Positions 18,441 through 27,273 of a stretch of DNA of 64,000 bases are shown one piece after another. Position 1 is the first letter of the stretch; each line of letters starts with the position of its first letter. Under the pieces are notes generated by a model. It was not told the DNA's origin, ran no database searches, and saw nothing but the letters and a program-made list of their open reading frames with translations. Location: IMG/VR virus record IMGVR_UViG_3300021419_000004, positions 4,460-68,459 of that record; one strand, 5' to 3'. This DNA is from a virus. Position numbers and translations under genes: made by a program.

Positions 18441-19809
18441 GAGTTTTTCCTCCATCGCCACCCGTCAGCACATGCAGGGCCTGGCCTGTCTTGGTCTCCC
18501 CGCCCAGCCGAATGGGGACTGGCTGAGCTGTGGCCATTCGGGCACCGCGGCCGCGGGCCATAGCTTCGAAGTCCGCCGCCGTCGCGGAGGGGCGGTCCCG
18601 CAGGCGGTAGCCCATGATCACGGTGCCGTCCGCCGTCGGGTGGGCCATCTGCTCCAGGGCCTGCTCCGCCATCAGGGTCTCGAGCACCGGCATCGCATCG
18701 CGCTTGGTGATCTTCAACTGGCGGTAGAGCTCACCGTCCGGCACCCAGGAGCCCGCCTCACGCAGGATGCGGAGGATGTGCTCTCGGATGCGCATGTCCT
18801 CACTGCGGACGGCGAGCTGCTGCAGGTGCCAAACCCCGGGCAGATGCAGGTGGTAGATGATGGAGAAGGCATAGGCGATCTCGCTGGCCCCCAGGGGGAA
18901 CTCTTTGTTCTGGTCGCAGTGTAGACGCGCCTTGCCGAAGTCCCAGCTCAGCAGCATGGCGATGCGTTCGGCCATGCGCTGGGCACGGGCGCGGTAGGAC
19001 TGGAGGCTGTGCTCCTCACACCGAGTGCTGACCGCGGAGACCCAGTTGGCATGCATCTCCCGCGCCTGGTCAGAGGCGAAGTAGGCCGTGTAGACGGCGT
19101 AGGGGTCGGAGGCCTTCTCCCCCAGGGCCTGCATGCCGATTTGGAGCTGGCGGAGCTCCTCATAGTCGCGGGTGCGCGCGCCATGCACTGAAGGCTGCTG
19201 ACGCTCCCGGCCTGGGGCCAGGAACACCAAGTGGTCGCGCAGCGTTCCAGACTCCATGTGGGCGAGCAGCAGATCCTCCCGCAAGGTGCGGACCGGGATG
19301 GAGCTGATCATCCCCATCCGCGGGCGGCGGGGGCCATGGGTGCCGCGGCTGGTCCAGCTCCTGATGTCCCGGCCTTCCCAGATCTCATGCAACAGGTGTT
19401 CGAAGTCGGCCTTGGTGCGGTTGCCGGTCAACCTGAGCAGGTTCTCCGCGACCACCAGAGTGGCGCGGTTGCTGTAGCCCAGCATGTCCCGGAGGGCTCC
19501 TGGGCTCGATGGCGTGGGGCCCAGGACCCGATCGTCAATCAAGCGGATCAAGCGCTCCGCTGACCGCACCGCGGTCCCGTCCCGGGCGCCGCGGTGGCCC
19601 GCCAGCAAGACGTAGAGGGTGCTGTTGTTTTCGGCGTGGCTTGCGTCCAGGCGGCACAGGGGCGCCAGCACGCTCAGGGTCGCCAGGTAGCTCCCGACGT
19701 GCAGCAGGCTGTGGCCATCGGACTGCCGCATGCCCAGGTCCACCCACTGCCGCATCAGGGTGCCCGGGGGCACCACTCGGTCAACGTCGGCTTCGGTGGG
19801 GAGCTTCAT
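18430..19809 (-). CDS. DUF3987/YfjI-like AAA+ helicase-domain protein, degenerate, with C-terminal wHTH-like region
   Basis: LYVLLAGHRGARDGTA (Walker A position), SSPGAL, LHEIWEG, RIAMLL; start MKLPTE. Confidence 0.6.
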   Translation of the reverse strand: MKLPTEADVDRVVPPGTLMRQWVDLGMRQSDGHSLLHVGSYLATLSVLAPLCRLDASHAENNSTLYVLLAGHRGARDGTAVRSAERLIRLIDDRVLGPTPSSPGALRDMLGYSNRATLVVAENLLRLTGNRTKADFEHLLHEIWEGRDIRSWTSRGTHGPRRPRMGMISSIPVRTLREDLLLAHMESGTLRDHLVFLAPGRERQQPSVHGARTRDYEELRQLQIGMQALGEKASDPYAVYTAYFASDQAREMHANWVSAVSTRCEEHSLQSYRARAQRMAERIAMLLSWDFGKARLHCDQNKEFPLGASEIAYAFSIIYHLHLPGVWHLQQLAVRSEDMRIREHILRILREAGSWVPDGELYRQLKITKRDAMPVLETLMAEQALEQMAHPTADGTVIMGYRLRDRPSATAADFEAMARGRGARMATAQPVPIRLGGETKTGQALHVLTGGDGGKTHGS

Positions 19810-20477
19810 GGCTGTGAGCCGTCCTCGCCACCGGCCCGGCTGTCGATGGCCTGCCCGCAGCAGGAGCAGCGCTCCACGATGGGTGCGAGCAGTGCGCCTG
19901 CCACACTTGCACTCGCGCTCGGCAACTTCCACCAGCTCCGGCCGTGGCCGCACTCAGCGTCCAGGTGCCCGAAGTCGATGCGCCCACCGGGCTTCACGCA
20001 CCGCTGGAGGGTGTCAAGGGCGGCCACGCGATCTGCAGCCGGGATCCAGGGGAAGACGTTGCGGGCCAGGATGAGATCGTACCGGCCAAGCACCACGGGA
20101 TGGCCCTCCGGCCGGGCGAGGTCCACGCCGCCAGAGCAGTAGGTGACGCGGCCATAGTGCTCAGTGAGCTGGACAAGGGGGTCGTCGAAAACGCGCCCGA
20201 TCACAGCATGGTGCCTGTCAGCCAGCAGTGCAGGGGAGGCGAGGGTGAAGATCATGCCCAGAGCCACACCCCTCTCTTTGTCAGATGCGGTCACGTGCCA
20301 GTCCAGCTCGGTCTCCTGCAGCAGGAGAGCCAGGGACTGCACCTCCTCGCCCGTGGAGCAGGCAGCGCTCCAGACGCGGAAGGGCATCCCCGGAGGCAGG
20401 CTGAGGAGCCAGGAGCGGAGGTCCCGCCAGTAGGCGGAATCCCGGAACATGGCGGTCTGATGAGGGGAGCGGTTCAT
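19806..20477 (-). CDS. cheR: CheR-type SAM-dependent methyltransferase
   Basis: TAMFRD, RVWSAACSTGEEVQSLA, ASD, YDLILARNVF, VKPGGRIDFGH. Confidence 0.88.
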   Translation of the reverse strand: MNRSPHQTAMFRDSAYWRDLRSWLLSLPPGMPFRVWSAACSTGEEVQSLALLLQETELDWHVTASDKERGVALGMIFTLASPALLADRHHAVIGRVFDDPLVQLTEHYGRVTYCSGGVDLARPEGHPVVLGRYDLILARNVFPWIPAADRVAALDTLQRCVKPGGRIDFGHLDAECGHGRSWWKLPSASASVAGALLAPIVERCSCCGQAIDSRAGGEDGSQP

Positions 20478-20644
20478 GGCGCGCCTTCCGCGTCTTCCGC
20501 GCCTTCCGTGTCCTCCGCGTCCGCGCAACTGCACTGCTCCGCAGCCTCTGCGAGCTGGATCTCTTTGTAGTCCTCGCTGAAAGCGTTGAGGGCCATTGCT
20601 CCTATCAGCACGATGAATACGGCTGCGTCCCAGGCGTCGAACAT
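20474..20644 (-). CDS. Small membrane protein
   Basis: MFDAWDAAVFIVLIGAMAL; GACACGGAGA leader. Confidence 0.65.
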   Translation of the reverse strand: MFDAWDAAVFIVLIGAMALNAFSEDYKEIQLAEAAEQCSCADAEDTEGAEDAEGAP

Positions 20645-20733
20645 GTGTCTCTCCGTGTCGTGTCTTTGGCCAGGCTGCCGCTTGGCCGGTCTTGGTCTTG
20701 TACCCCGGGGAGTCAGGCCGGGGCAAGTGGGGA

Positions 20734-21549
20734 TCAGGGGTGGTAGACGGTCAGGATCTCCTGACGGCCCTTGGGAAGGGGGCGGCCATCGCTCCGCTGC
20801 AGGCTGTGCACCTCGGCTTTTCTGCCCGGCAGTTCGACGGTCTCTGCTTCCGCAATGGCTACCCGGCAGCCCTGCCCCAGGGCAGCTTCTGCGGCCCTCA
20901 CAACCTCCAGGCGTCCGAACTTGAAGCGGTAGCCGGTGGTCTTGCGGTAGGGCGGGTCCAGATACACAGTATCCCCGGGCCTCAGACCGTCCAGCCAGAA
21001 GAGCTTGGCTGCATCCGTCTGCATCCACTGCGGCTGCAAATGCCGCATCCACCGCCCTACGCGCAGCACCTTGGCCGCCAAGGCAGGCGGATTGAGGCGA
21101 TCCTTGAAGCCCCTGGCGATGCCTGAGGGGCTGACAGTCGCGTAGCCGGCTGTAGCCCAGGACTCGCCCTCATCACGCGGTGCCTTCCCCAAAGGAGTGG
21201 ATGCCTGAAGCACCGCGTAGGCAGCAGCCCAGGGGGCCGGTCCCAACTCAGCGGGCACCAGTGCCCGTGCGAGTTCGAATCCCTCCCGGCCTGGGGGGTA
21301 GGCCCTGATCCCCGACGCAACCGCCTCAGGGGCCCCTGCCAACTCCTGATAGAAGCGGGCTACGTCGCCGGCATCGTTCAGGCGGAGGAGGTGTGTCCCT
21401 GCCTCCAGCCCCAATGCCGCCAGCGTAGGGGCCCTCAGCGCCCGTTTGCCGCCCTGGTAGGTGAAGGGGGCATGAGGGCCTCCGGCCACCGCAAGCGCCA
21501 TAGAGCAGCTGCCTGCGCAGGGCTCACACCAGATGGACCGGCGGCTCAC
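20734..21549 (-). CDS. Second DNA adenine methyltransferase (Dam-like, rearranged motif order)
   Basis: EPCAGS, PFTYQGGK, LNDAG, VYLDPPY. Confidence 0.8.
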   Translation of the reverse strand: MSRRSIWCEPCAGSCSMALAVAGGPHAPFTYQGGKRALRAPTLAALGLEAGTHLLRLNDAGDVARFYQELAGAPEAVASGIRAYPPGREGFELARALVPAELGPAPWAAAYAVLQASTPLGKAPRDEGESWATAGYATVSPSGIARGFKDRLNPPALAAKVLRVGRWMRHLQPQWMQTDAAKLFWLDGLRPGDTVYLDPPYRKTTGYRFKFGRLEVVRAAEAALGQGCRVAIAEAETVELPGRKAEVHSLQRSDGRPLPKGRQEILTVYHP

Positions 21550-21806
21550 CGGTCCCGCTCCCTGCGGAACAGCAGACCCCCGCGGACTTCGAAGCCTTGA
21601 GGGGGCGGGTCCATCCCGGTCACTACCCTGCAGGCCGGGCAGTCCACCAGCACCCAGGCCCCGGAGCCGTAGACAGTGGTGAGATCTGCCGTTGGAGCGC
21701 CGCATGCGGTCGTCTCGCTTCGATCGCAGTGGTGGACGAAGAGGTGGTGCAGGCCCAGGGGGCCAGTGGCCTTGGAGAGGCTGCGGTGGGGTGTGTACGC
21801 AGCCAC
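21546..21806 (-). CDS. Small zinc-binding protein
   Basis: TACG...VDCPAC. Confidence 0.6.
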   Translation of the reverse strand: MAAYTPHRSLSKATGPLGLHHLFVHHCDRSETTACGAPTADLTTVYGSGAWVLVDCPACRVVTGMDPPPQGFEVRGGLLFRRERDR

Positions 21807-21807
21807 G

Positions 21808-22956
21808 CTACACCCCCGCCGGCGGAGGGACTGGGAGGCCGGTCACCACTTCCTCGAGCTGGACACGCTGAGAAGGCTGAGCTTGAGGGAGAGGAGGGCG
21901 CGTGGCTTGAGCGACGGGTGCGGTGGGCGCGTCGGAGGGCACAGCTGACGCAGCTGACGCAACTGGCGTCGGCGTACCCCCCGGAAGCCACAGGCCGCTC
22001 GCGGGCAGTCCATCCGGGCCCGAATCCACACTGCCCCAGGAGGCCGTGCGGGCGCGCTCCAAGGTGCGTTCCCTGGGGAGCCAGAAGGAGCCAGCGCTCA
22101 CCCGGTGCTCGACGCGGTGACGCCAGGCCGCGAAGTGGCGAGGGAACTGGTGCCTCCACACCAGTGCGATCGTCTCCTCCCAAGGGAGGGCGGCGGTAGC
22201 CGCGGTCATGCCGCCCAGGCGGGGGGTGAAGTACAGGCCTCGCTCCCACAGGGCGAAGACCATCATGGTCACCTGCAGCACATGGAGGGGATAGGCCAGC
22301 TTGGCCTCCAGGGGCCGGGCGCCCAGGACCGGCGTGGCGGTCTTCAGCAGCAGCGGCGAGATGGGGGCGTTGGGGGCCTGGCCCAAGGTCCAGTCGATCA
22401 GGGGGCGGAAGGTGCTCTCAGGCACGGGCTGGCGAGTGCGCCGGTCCAGGATGAAATCTTCGCGGAGCTCCGGTCCCGAGAAGTCTGAGAGCTTGACGCG
22501 GGCGAGGGCCCGCACCGACTGGGGGTAGAAGTTGATGATCTGCCCGATGGCGGTGACGACCTCGTAGGGCAGCGGGTCACACTGGAAGCAGGTGTCGCGG
22601 CCTTGGGAAGCTGGCGCCCGAGGCTGTCTCTTGAGCGCAGGGAAAGGAGCCGGGAGCAAGGGGGACGCGGCGCCGAACACACTGACGGCCCATGCAGTGA
22701 ACACGGGCCAGGCGGTAGCGCAGTGGCGATTCACGTAGGGAGGGAGCGTGGCCAGCACCGAGGCCAGCGTCTGGGTGTCGGTGGGCCCCGCATCGTGAGG
22801 CAGAGCACGCAGCAGCCGCTTGAGTGAACGGACGTACTGCCGCGAAGTCTCAGGGGAGCGACCCGACTTGATGAGGTGAGGATAGAGCACGGAGTGCTGC
22901 GGGTCCCCCCTGCGGGCGAGCTGGTGGTAATCGGCAAGGGGGTGAGAGAACTGCAT
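21808..22956 (-). CDS. Degenerate tyrosine-recombinase-like protein
   Basis: SAM-like HLIKSGRSPETSRQYVRSLKRLL and box-I-like VRALARVKLSDF; no canonical HxLRH/LGH/Y. Confidence 0.45.
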   Translation of the reverse strand: MQFSHPLADYHQLARRGDPQHSVLYPHLIKSGRSPETSRQYVRSLKRLLRALPHDAGPTDTQTLASVLATLPPYVNRHCATAWPVFTAWAVSVFGAASPLLPAPFPALKRQPRAPASQGRDTCFQCDPLPYEVVTAIGQIINFYPQSVRALARVKLSDFSGPELREDFILDRRTRQPVPESTFRPLIDWTLGQAPNAPISPLLLKTATPVLGARPLEAKLAYPLHVLQVTMMVFALWERGLYFTPRLGGMTAATAALPWEETIALVWRHQFPRHFAAWRHRVEHRVSAGSFWLPRERTLERARTASWGSVDSGPDGLPASGLWLPGGTPTPVASAASAVPSDAPTAPVAQATRPPLPQAQPSQRVQLEEVVTGLPVPPPAGV

Positions 22957-23343
22957 AGCGGCTCCGGGAGCGAGAGGTGGGTACAGTGTACCCTCAGATA
23001 ACGGGGGCTGAGGCTTTAACAAGACAGCGGCCCCAAGTATGGTCAACCCTCGATAGAGGCGCAATAGAAAAGCTACAAACACAATGCGTGTATCACGACT
23101 TGATCACTCGGATATAGCCGGATATCGCCCCCGTAGGCTCGGAAAATGGCATGCGAGTAATGCGATATTCCATGACGTGGAACGCCATTTTTCCACCCAT
23201 ACGCGCGGGCGCGCGCTTGATCTACTGGCGCTGGCTGCGATTCGGCTCGGTATTTTTGTCCTGCCACTTGGCAGGCGCGCGATCGCCGGGCTACGGTGCT
23301 TGGGACTGGCCAGCACTGTGCCTGGCGCAACACGGAGACTGGA
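22957..23343. promoter_or_regulatory. AT-richer divergent control region: leftward TTGCGC-N17-CATACT (23036-23064), rightward TTGGCA-N18-TACGGT (23268-23297), operator at 23260-23275
   Basis: Strand switch, composition shift, motifs read directly. Confidence 0.65.
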
Positions 23344-23451
23344 ATGCTGATCCTCTTCTTGACCCTGCTTGGCTGCGAGTTCACTGACGGCGATGCCGGT
23401 GGTGATGGGCACCCCGTGCTCGAGGCCCAGAAGGCCGGGTGGTTGGTGTGA
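23344..23451 (+). CDS. 35-aa lipoprotein-like peptide (not in ORF track)
   Basis: CACGGAGA RBS, MLILFLTLLGC, GTGA overlap with next gene. Confidence 0.6.
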   Translation: MLILFLTLLGCEFTDGDAGGDGHPVLEAQKAGWLV

Positions 23452-24353
23452 GCCACCACCCCGCGCCAGTCGGTCCCGAGTGTTTCGGAGGCTTGGACTT
23501 CGATCCTCTCAATGCTACTTCCCTCATCAGTCAGGGGTTCGCACAAGCCGTGTTCGACCCCCATGCAGCTCACCCCTACGCCGCCACCCACGAACAGGAG
23601 GCTTCTGTGCCTCGAATCTCGCAGATCCCGCAGACAGATGCGAAGCTCCAGGCCCTGGACGCCGCCCTCAAGGAGGCTGAGGAGCGTGCAGCGCAGCTCC
23701 GAAAGGAGCGCGACGAGCACCTGGCTTGGGCGTCCAAGGTAGTGGTGATCCCGGCCGCCCGCTGGATGGAGCTCATCGAACGCGTGGACGCCTCAACTGC
23801 CCGGAGGATGACGGCCCACAAGCCGGAGCCTGCCCCCGAAGAGGGGCTGACTCGCCCGCAGGTGGAGGACTTGCTGCGGGAGATCCTGGGATGGCTACAC
23901 AGCGCCCGAAATGGCGGGTCCCGGACCAGGGCAGGATCCCATGTGCACCTCGATGCCGCACGCTGGGATCGAATCCTCGCCGTCCTGTGTCGTCTGGCGG
24001 CCGTCGATCCGAGAGCACCGGCGTGGTATGGCGCCATCCCCGCTGCCGGCACCGCCTCCCTGGTGCCCTGGGAGCTCATCTCACCCATCAACCGCGATGA
24101 GGGGGCACCCGACCCCTCCATCCCCCTCACCAACCGAGAGAAGCAGCTCTGGGGACTGCTGGCGTCCACCCAGGCGCTCGTGGAGAAGGCCTACAGGGAA
24201 GGCTGGAGCGCCCTCGGGATCCGTGAGGGCATCGACGCCTTCAAGTGCGGCCCCGCCGCATCTCAGCCCTTCTACGACCAGTCCGATGTGTGCAAGCGCC
24301 TGCAGGACCTGGACGCCGAAGTCGGTGAGCTCATGGAGGTGCCGCGTGGCTGA
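23448..24353 (+). CDS. Hypothetical coiled-coil protein
   Basis: Long ORF at start of rightward operon. Confidence 0.7.
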   Translation: MSHHPAPVGPECFGGLDFDPLNATSLISQGFAQAVFDPHAAHPYAATHEQEASVPRISQIPQTDAKLQALDAALKEAEERAAQLRKERDEHLAWASKVVVIPAARWMELIERVDASTARRMTAHKPEPAPEEGLTRPQVEDLLREILGWLHSARNGGSRTRAGSHVHLDAARWDRILAVLCRLAAVDPRAPAWYGAIPAAGTASLVPWELISPINRDEGAPDPSIPLTNREKQLWGLLASTQALVEKAYREGWSALGIREGIDAFKCGPAASQPFYDQSDVCKRLQDLDAEVGELMEVPRG

Positions 24354-24638
24354 GCGCAGGAGCCCTCAGTGGGAGGACACCACGAGCTACCGCCAAGGGG
24401 AGAGGTCCCCGCCCGCGCCTGGACCCTCCGAGTGCGTGATCTCCAGCTCACCATCCACAGGCACCGTGACTACGAGCCCGGCCAGTGGCTGCTCACCTGC
24501 CCCCAGGTCCGGCAGGGGCGCTATGCCCTGGAGGCCTACGGCACCGATGACGCAGCTCTGGAGGCTGCCAAGGCGGAGGCCATTGAACACGTGCGCACAG
24601 TGCTCCGAGTGCGGCTGGTCGCGCTGGAGGGGCTGTGA
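24346..24638 (+). pseudogene. Phage protein apparently split by a -1 frameshift near 24403
   Basis: GGAGG-GTG start gives WEDTTSYRQGER; continuation VPARAWTLRV...WLLTC is in the -1 frame. Confidence 0.5.
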
Positions 24639-24883
24639 GTCGGCGGCGCGAAGTGCCGCCCTTGGCAGCCCTGCCCCAAGTCCACTGTGAGTTCGACCCC
24701 ATGACCACCAAGGGCGTGAAGTACCAGTGGTGGGAGTGCAGGCACTGTGGGCGGCAGACCCGCACCGGCTGGCACGTAGAGAGCCGAGAAAGCTTCGGCC
24801 ACTGCTACGCGCGTGTGGAGCAGCTCCGCATCGACCACCGAAACCTACAACAGCAACTGCAAGCCTCTGGAGACACCCAATGA
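24635..24883 (+). CDS. Small Zn-ribbon protein
   Basis: HCEF...ECRHCG. Confidence 0.6.
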   Translation: MSRRREVPPLAALPQVHCEFDPMTTKGVKYQWWECRHCGRQTRTGWHVESRESFGHCYARVEQLRIDHRNLQQQLQASGDTQ

Positions 24884-25143
24884 CCATCCTCCTGCTGCTG
24901 CTTGCTTGTGGGTCCACGCCCGAACCCAGCGCAACGTCAGGCCCTGACGGCATCTGTCATGTGAGCGCCGGCAAGCCCCGCACCGAAGACATCGACTGCC
25001 CATGCCAAGACGAGATCTATGTGATCGGCGGCTGGGGCGCCGTCGTGGCCACCTGTCACCCTCACGCATCCGGGTCCCTGGAGCGCACCGCTGACGGCGA
25101 GGCTGACCTGCTGATCTGCACTTGCCCAAAGGAGACCCCGTGA
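24880..25143 (+). CDS. Cys-rich lipoprotein
   Basis: MTILLLLLAC lipobox, 6 further Cys. Confidence 0.7.
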   Translation: MTILLLLLACGSTPEPSATSGPDGICHVSAGKPRTEDIDCPCQDEIYVIGGWGAVVATCHPHASGSLERTADGEADLLICTCPKETP

Positions 25144-25409
25144 ACACCAGAACCGCCAAGAAGATCGTGGATTGCACCGCCCGCGCCGTCGCGCACAAGC
25201 AACCCGTCAGGTACAGCCGGCGCCAGGTTCGCCAAGCCCTGCACCACCTGCGCCGCCGGAACGGCAAGTGCTGGAGGCAGGCAGTGGACTACGCCGGAGT
25301 CTCATGCGACTACTGCGCGCCCGTCTTCCGCACCCGCACCGGCAAGCTCAGCTTCCCTTGGGAAGTGGGCAGCAGGGGCGTGGGCATCTGGGCACTGGGG
25401 GCGCCGTGA
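25140..25409 (+). CDS. Hypothetical protein, paralog of 14416-14829
   Basis: NTRTAKKIV, YSRRQVRQAL, FPWE. Confidence 0.7.
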   Translation: MNTRTAKKIVDCTARAVAHKQPVRYSRRQVRQALHHLRRRNGKCWRQAVDYAGVSCDYCAPVFRTRTGKLSFPWEVGSRGVGIWALGAP

Positions 25410-25831
25410 ACGCAACACCGAAGATGACCGCCCGGATCCCCATCCGCCGCTGCACCCCTCGCACCGGCAGCGGCGAGGGCTTGCTGACGCTCACCGTCTA
25501 CCCGCCCCGAGATGACGACAACACCTTCCACCCCCGGAACACCGTGCTGTGCGAGACGTTCGGAGACAAGCAGTGCGCACTGGCCCTCCCTGAGGTGAGC
25601 ATGCTGCGGCGCCTGACGAGCCCGGACTGCATCCACGGAGATGTGGAGATCAGCCTCCCCCTGGGTGGCTGGAAGTTCGACATCGACTCCGAGGACGTGC
25701 AGATCACGATGCCCTTCGTCGGATTCGCCCCTCCCGGGGGCAAGGCCCCCAAGAAGCGCATCCTGCGTGTGGATCGGAGGGACCTGCACGGCGCCCTCAA
25801 CGCCTGCATCGCTGTGGGAGGTGAGACGTGA
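25406..25831 (+). CDS. Hypothetical protein
   Basis: GTGA coupling. Confidence 0.65.
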   Translation: MNATPKMTARIPIRRCTPRTGSGEGLLTLTVYPPRDDDNTFHPRNTVLCETFGDKQCALALPEVSMLRRLTSPDCIHGDVEISLPLGGWKFDIDSEDVQITMPFVGFAPPGGKAPKKRILRVDRRDLHGALNACIAVGGET

Positions 25832-26181
25832 TCCCCGCCGGGAAGAACGAAGAGGGGCGCGCCCTGTGCCCATGCTGCGGCGCGGAACTCACGCTGCGGT
25901 GGACCGACCACCATGGCATCGCCGAGTGCGGGGTCTGCGGCGTTGCCCTGGGCATCGAAGGCTATGGCAAGTTCGAAGAGACCACCGTGCTGCTGGATGC
26001 CGTCGAGCTGGAAGCCTGCCAGGCGTACTGGAAGGAGACCAGCACTCGGATGATCTGGGGCGACACGCACCGCTGGGGCAACGTCTCGGACACCGCCGAG
26101 GAGCGCGCCCAGCACATGAAGGCCTGGATGCAAGAGCACAGGCCTGAGGTCGCCGCGATCTGGTACAGGAGGGAGGCGTGA
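25828..26181 (+). CDS. Zn-ribbon protein
   Basis: CPCCG...CGVCG. Confidence 0.7.
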   Translation: MIPAGKNEEGRALCPCCGAELTLRWTDHHGIAECGVCGVALGIEGYGKFEETTVLLDAVELEACQAYWKETSTRMIWGDTHRWGNVSDTAEERAQHMKAWMQEHRPEVAAIWYRREA

Positions 26182-26378
26182 ACGCACGGCAACGATGGAA
26201 GCAACAGCGCCAGCTGGCCGAAGCCCTGGCCGTAGGCACTGGTGTCGTCGGCGGCGTCGCCTGGATCCTGATCGGTGCAGCCACGGAGGATGTAGGCCGC
26301 AGCGCAGCTGGGGTGCTCCTGCTCGGCACAGGGGCGCTTGTCCTGTCAGGCTTGACCATCGCGCGGTGGTTCGACTGA
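26178..26378 (+). CDS. Small 2-TM membrane protein
   Basis: Two hydrophobic helices. Confidence 0.65.
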   Translation: MNARQRWKQQRQLAEALAVGTGVVGGVAWILIGAATEDVGRSAAGVLLLGTGALVLSGLTIARWFD

Positions 26379-26538
26379 GGGAGGCGCGTAGCGTGCGCGG
26401 CACGCACAGCGTCCGAAACGCGAGAGCCCCTCCTGCTTGCACAGGAGGGGCCGACACTGTGAGGCTGACAAGACCTCGGACACGGGTGCTCCTCTCGGAG
26501 CTACCCAGACACTATCGACACATTTGGAGACCGTCAAC
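26379..26538 (+). other. Structured 5-prime leader: serial hairpins separated by four GACAC motifs
   Basis: GCCCCTCCTG/CAGGAGGGGC and other stems; GACAC at 26453, 26479, 26508, 26517. Confidence 0.55.
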
Positions 26539-27270
26539 ATGAAGATCGAGATTCATTTGCCTGATGCGAACGCGAGTGCAGACGCAGGCAATGCACCCGC
26601 CACCGGTTCCCTTCGGTTCTACGGCACCGAAGCTGAGGTGCGCGAAGCAGCCGCCCGGCTGTTGGACCTGCTGCCCGGAGAGGAGCTCTTGGACGTGACC
26701 GACCTGGAGGTTGCGTTCAAGAAGGCGCTTCGAACAGTGGACGCGCAGGCCGTGGTCCTGACGGATGTTCGCTGTGCGTTGGACGGCAAGAAGGCCGTAG
26801 GTAACAGCGGAGTGGCGCTGGACGTGCAGAAGCTGGTGAAGCGCCTGCAGGAGGCGGAGCAGCGGCTGCACGAGCTGGAGACGGTGCCTCAGGCAGAGGA
26901 ACGAGAGGAGCGCCACGCCAGGAAGGCCGCCGAAATAGAGACGGCCTTGGCAGGGCTGCATCAAAGCAACCCAGACCTCTACTGGGCGATCAAGCGGCTG
27001 CAGCACCCCGTCATCCGCTTCGCCTACCCCGCGGCGCCTGACGATCTGGAGATGGCGCTCACCTCCAATGCGAAGCGCCTTCACCCGGCGCTGCTGCATC
27101 CCGGGAGCAATCTGCCGCCAACGCCCGTAGATCCGGCTCCGGGGGAGTGGGTGAAGGAATGGAAGGAATGGGTGGATGCTGCCGGAGCAAAGTGGCCGAA
27201 GGCAGGCCCCTTCAGCAGGCTCGCCGGTGCTTGGCTGAGGTACGCAAACTCATTCTACGGCCTCAAGTAG
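26539..27270 (+). CDS. Hypothetical coiled-coil protein
   Basis: GGAG RBS before MKIEIH. Confidence 0.7.
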   Translation: MKIEIHLPDANASADAGNAPATGSLRFYGTEAEVREAAARLLDLLPGEELLDVTDLEVAFKKALRTVDAQAVVLTDVRCALDGKKAVGNSGVALDVQKLVKRLQEAEQRLHELETVPQAEEREERHARKAAEIETALAGLHQSNPDLYWAIKRLQHPVIRFAYPAAPDDLEMALTSNAKRLHPALLHPGSNLPPTPVDPAPGEWVKEWKEWVDAAGAKWPKAGPFSRLAGAWLRYANSFYGLK

Positions 27271-27273
27271 ACG

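Noticed and set aside
21942-21968. CAGCTGACG 9-bp repeats
   Set aside because: Inside a low-complexity coding tail, only 2-3 copies
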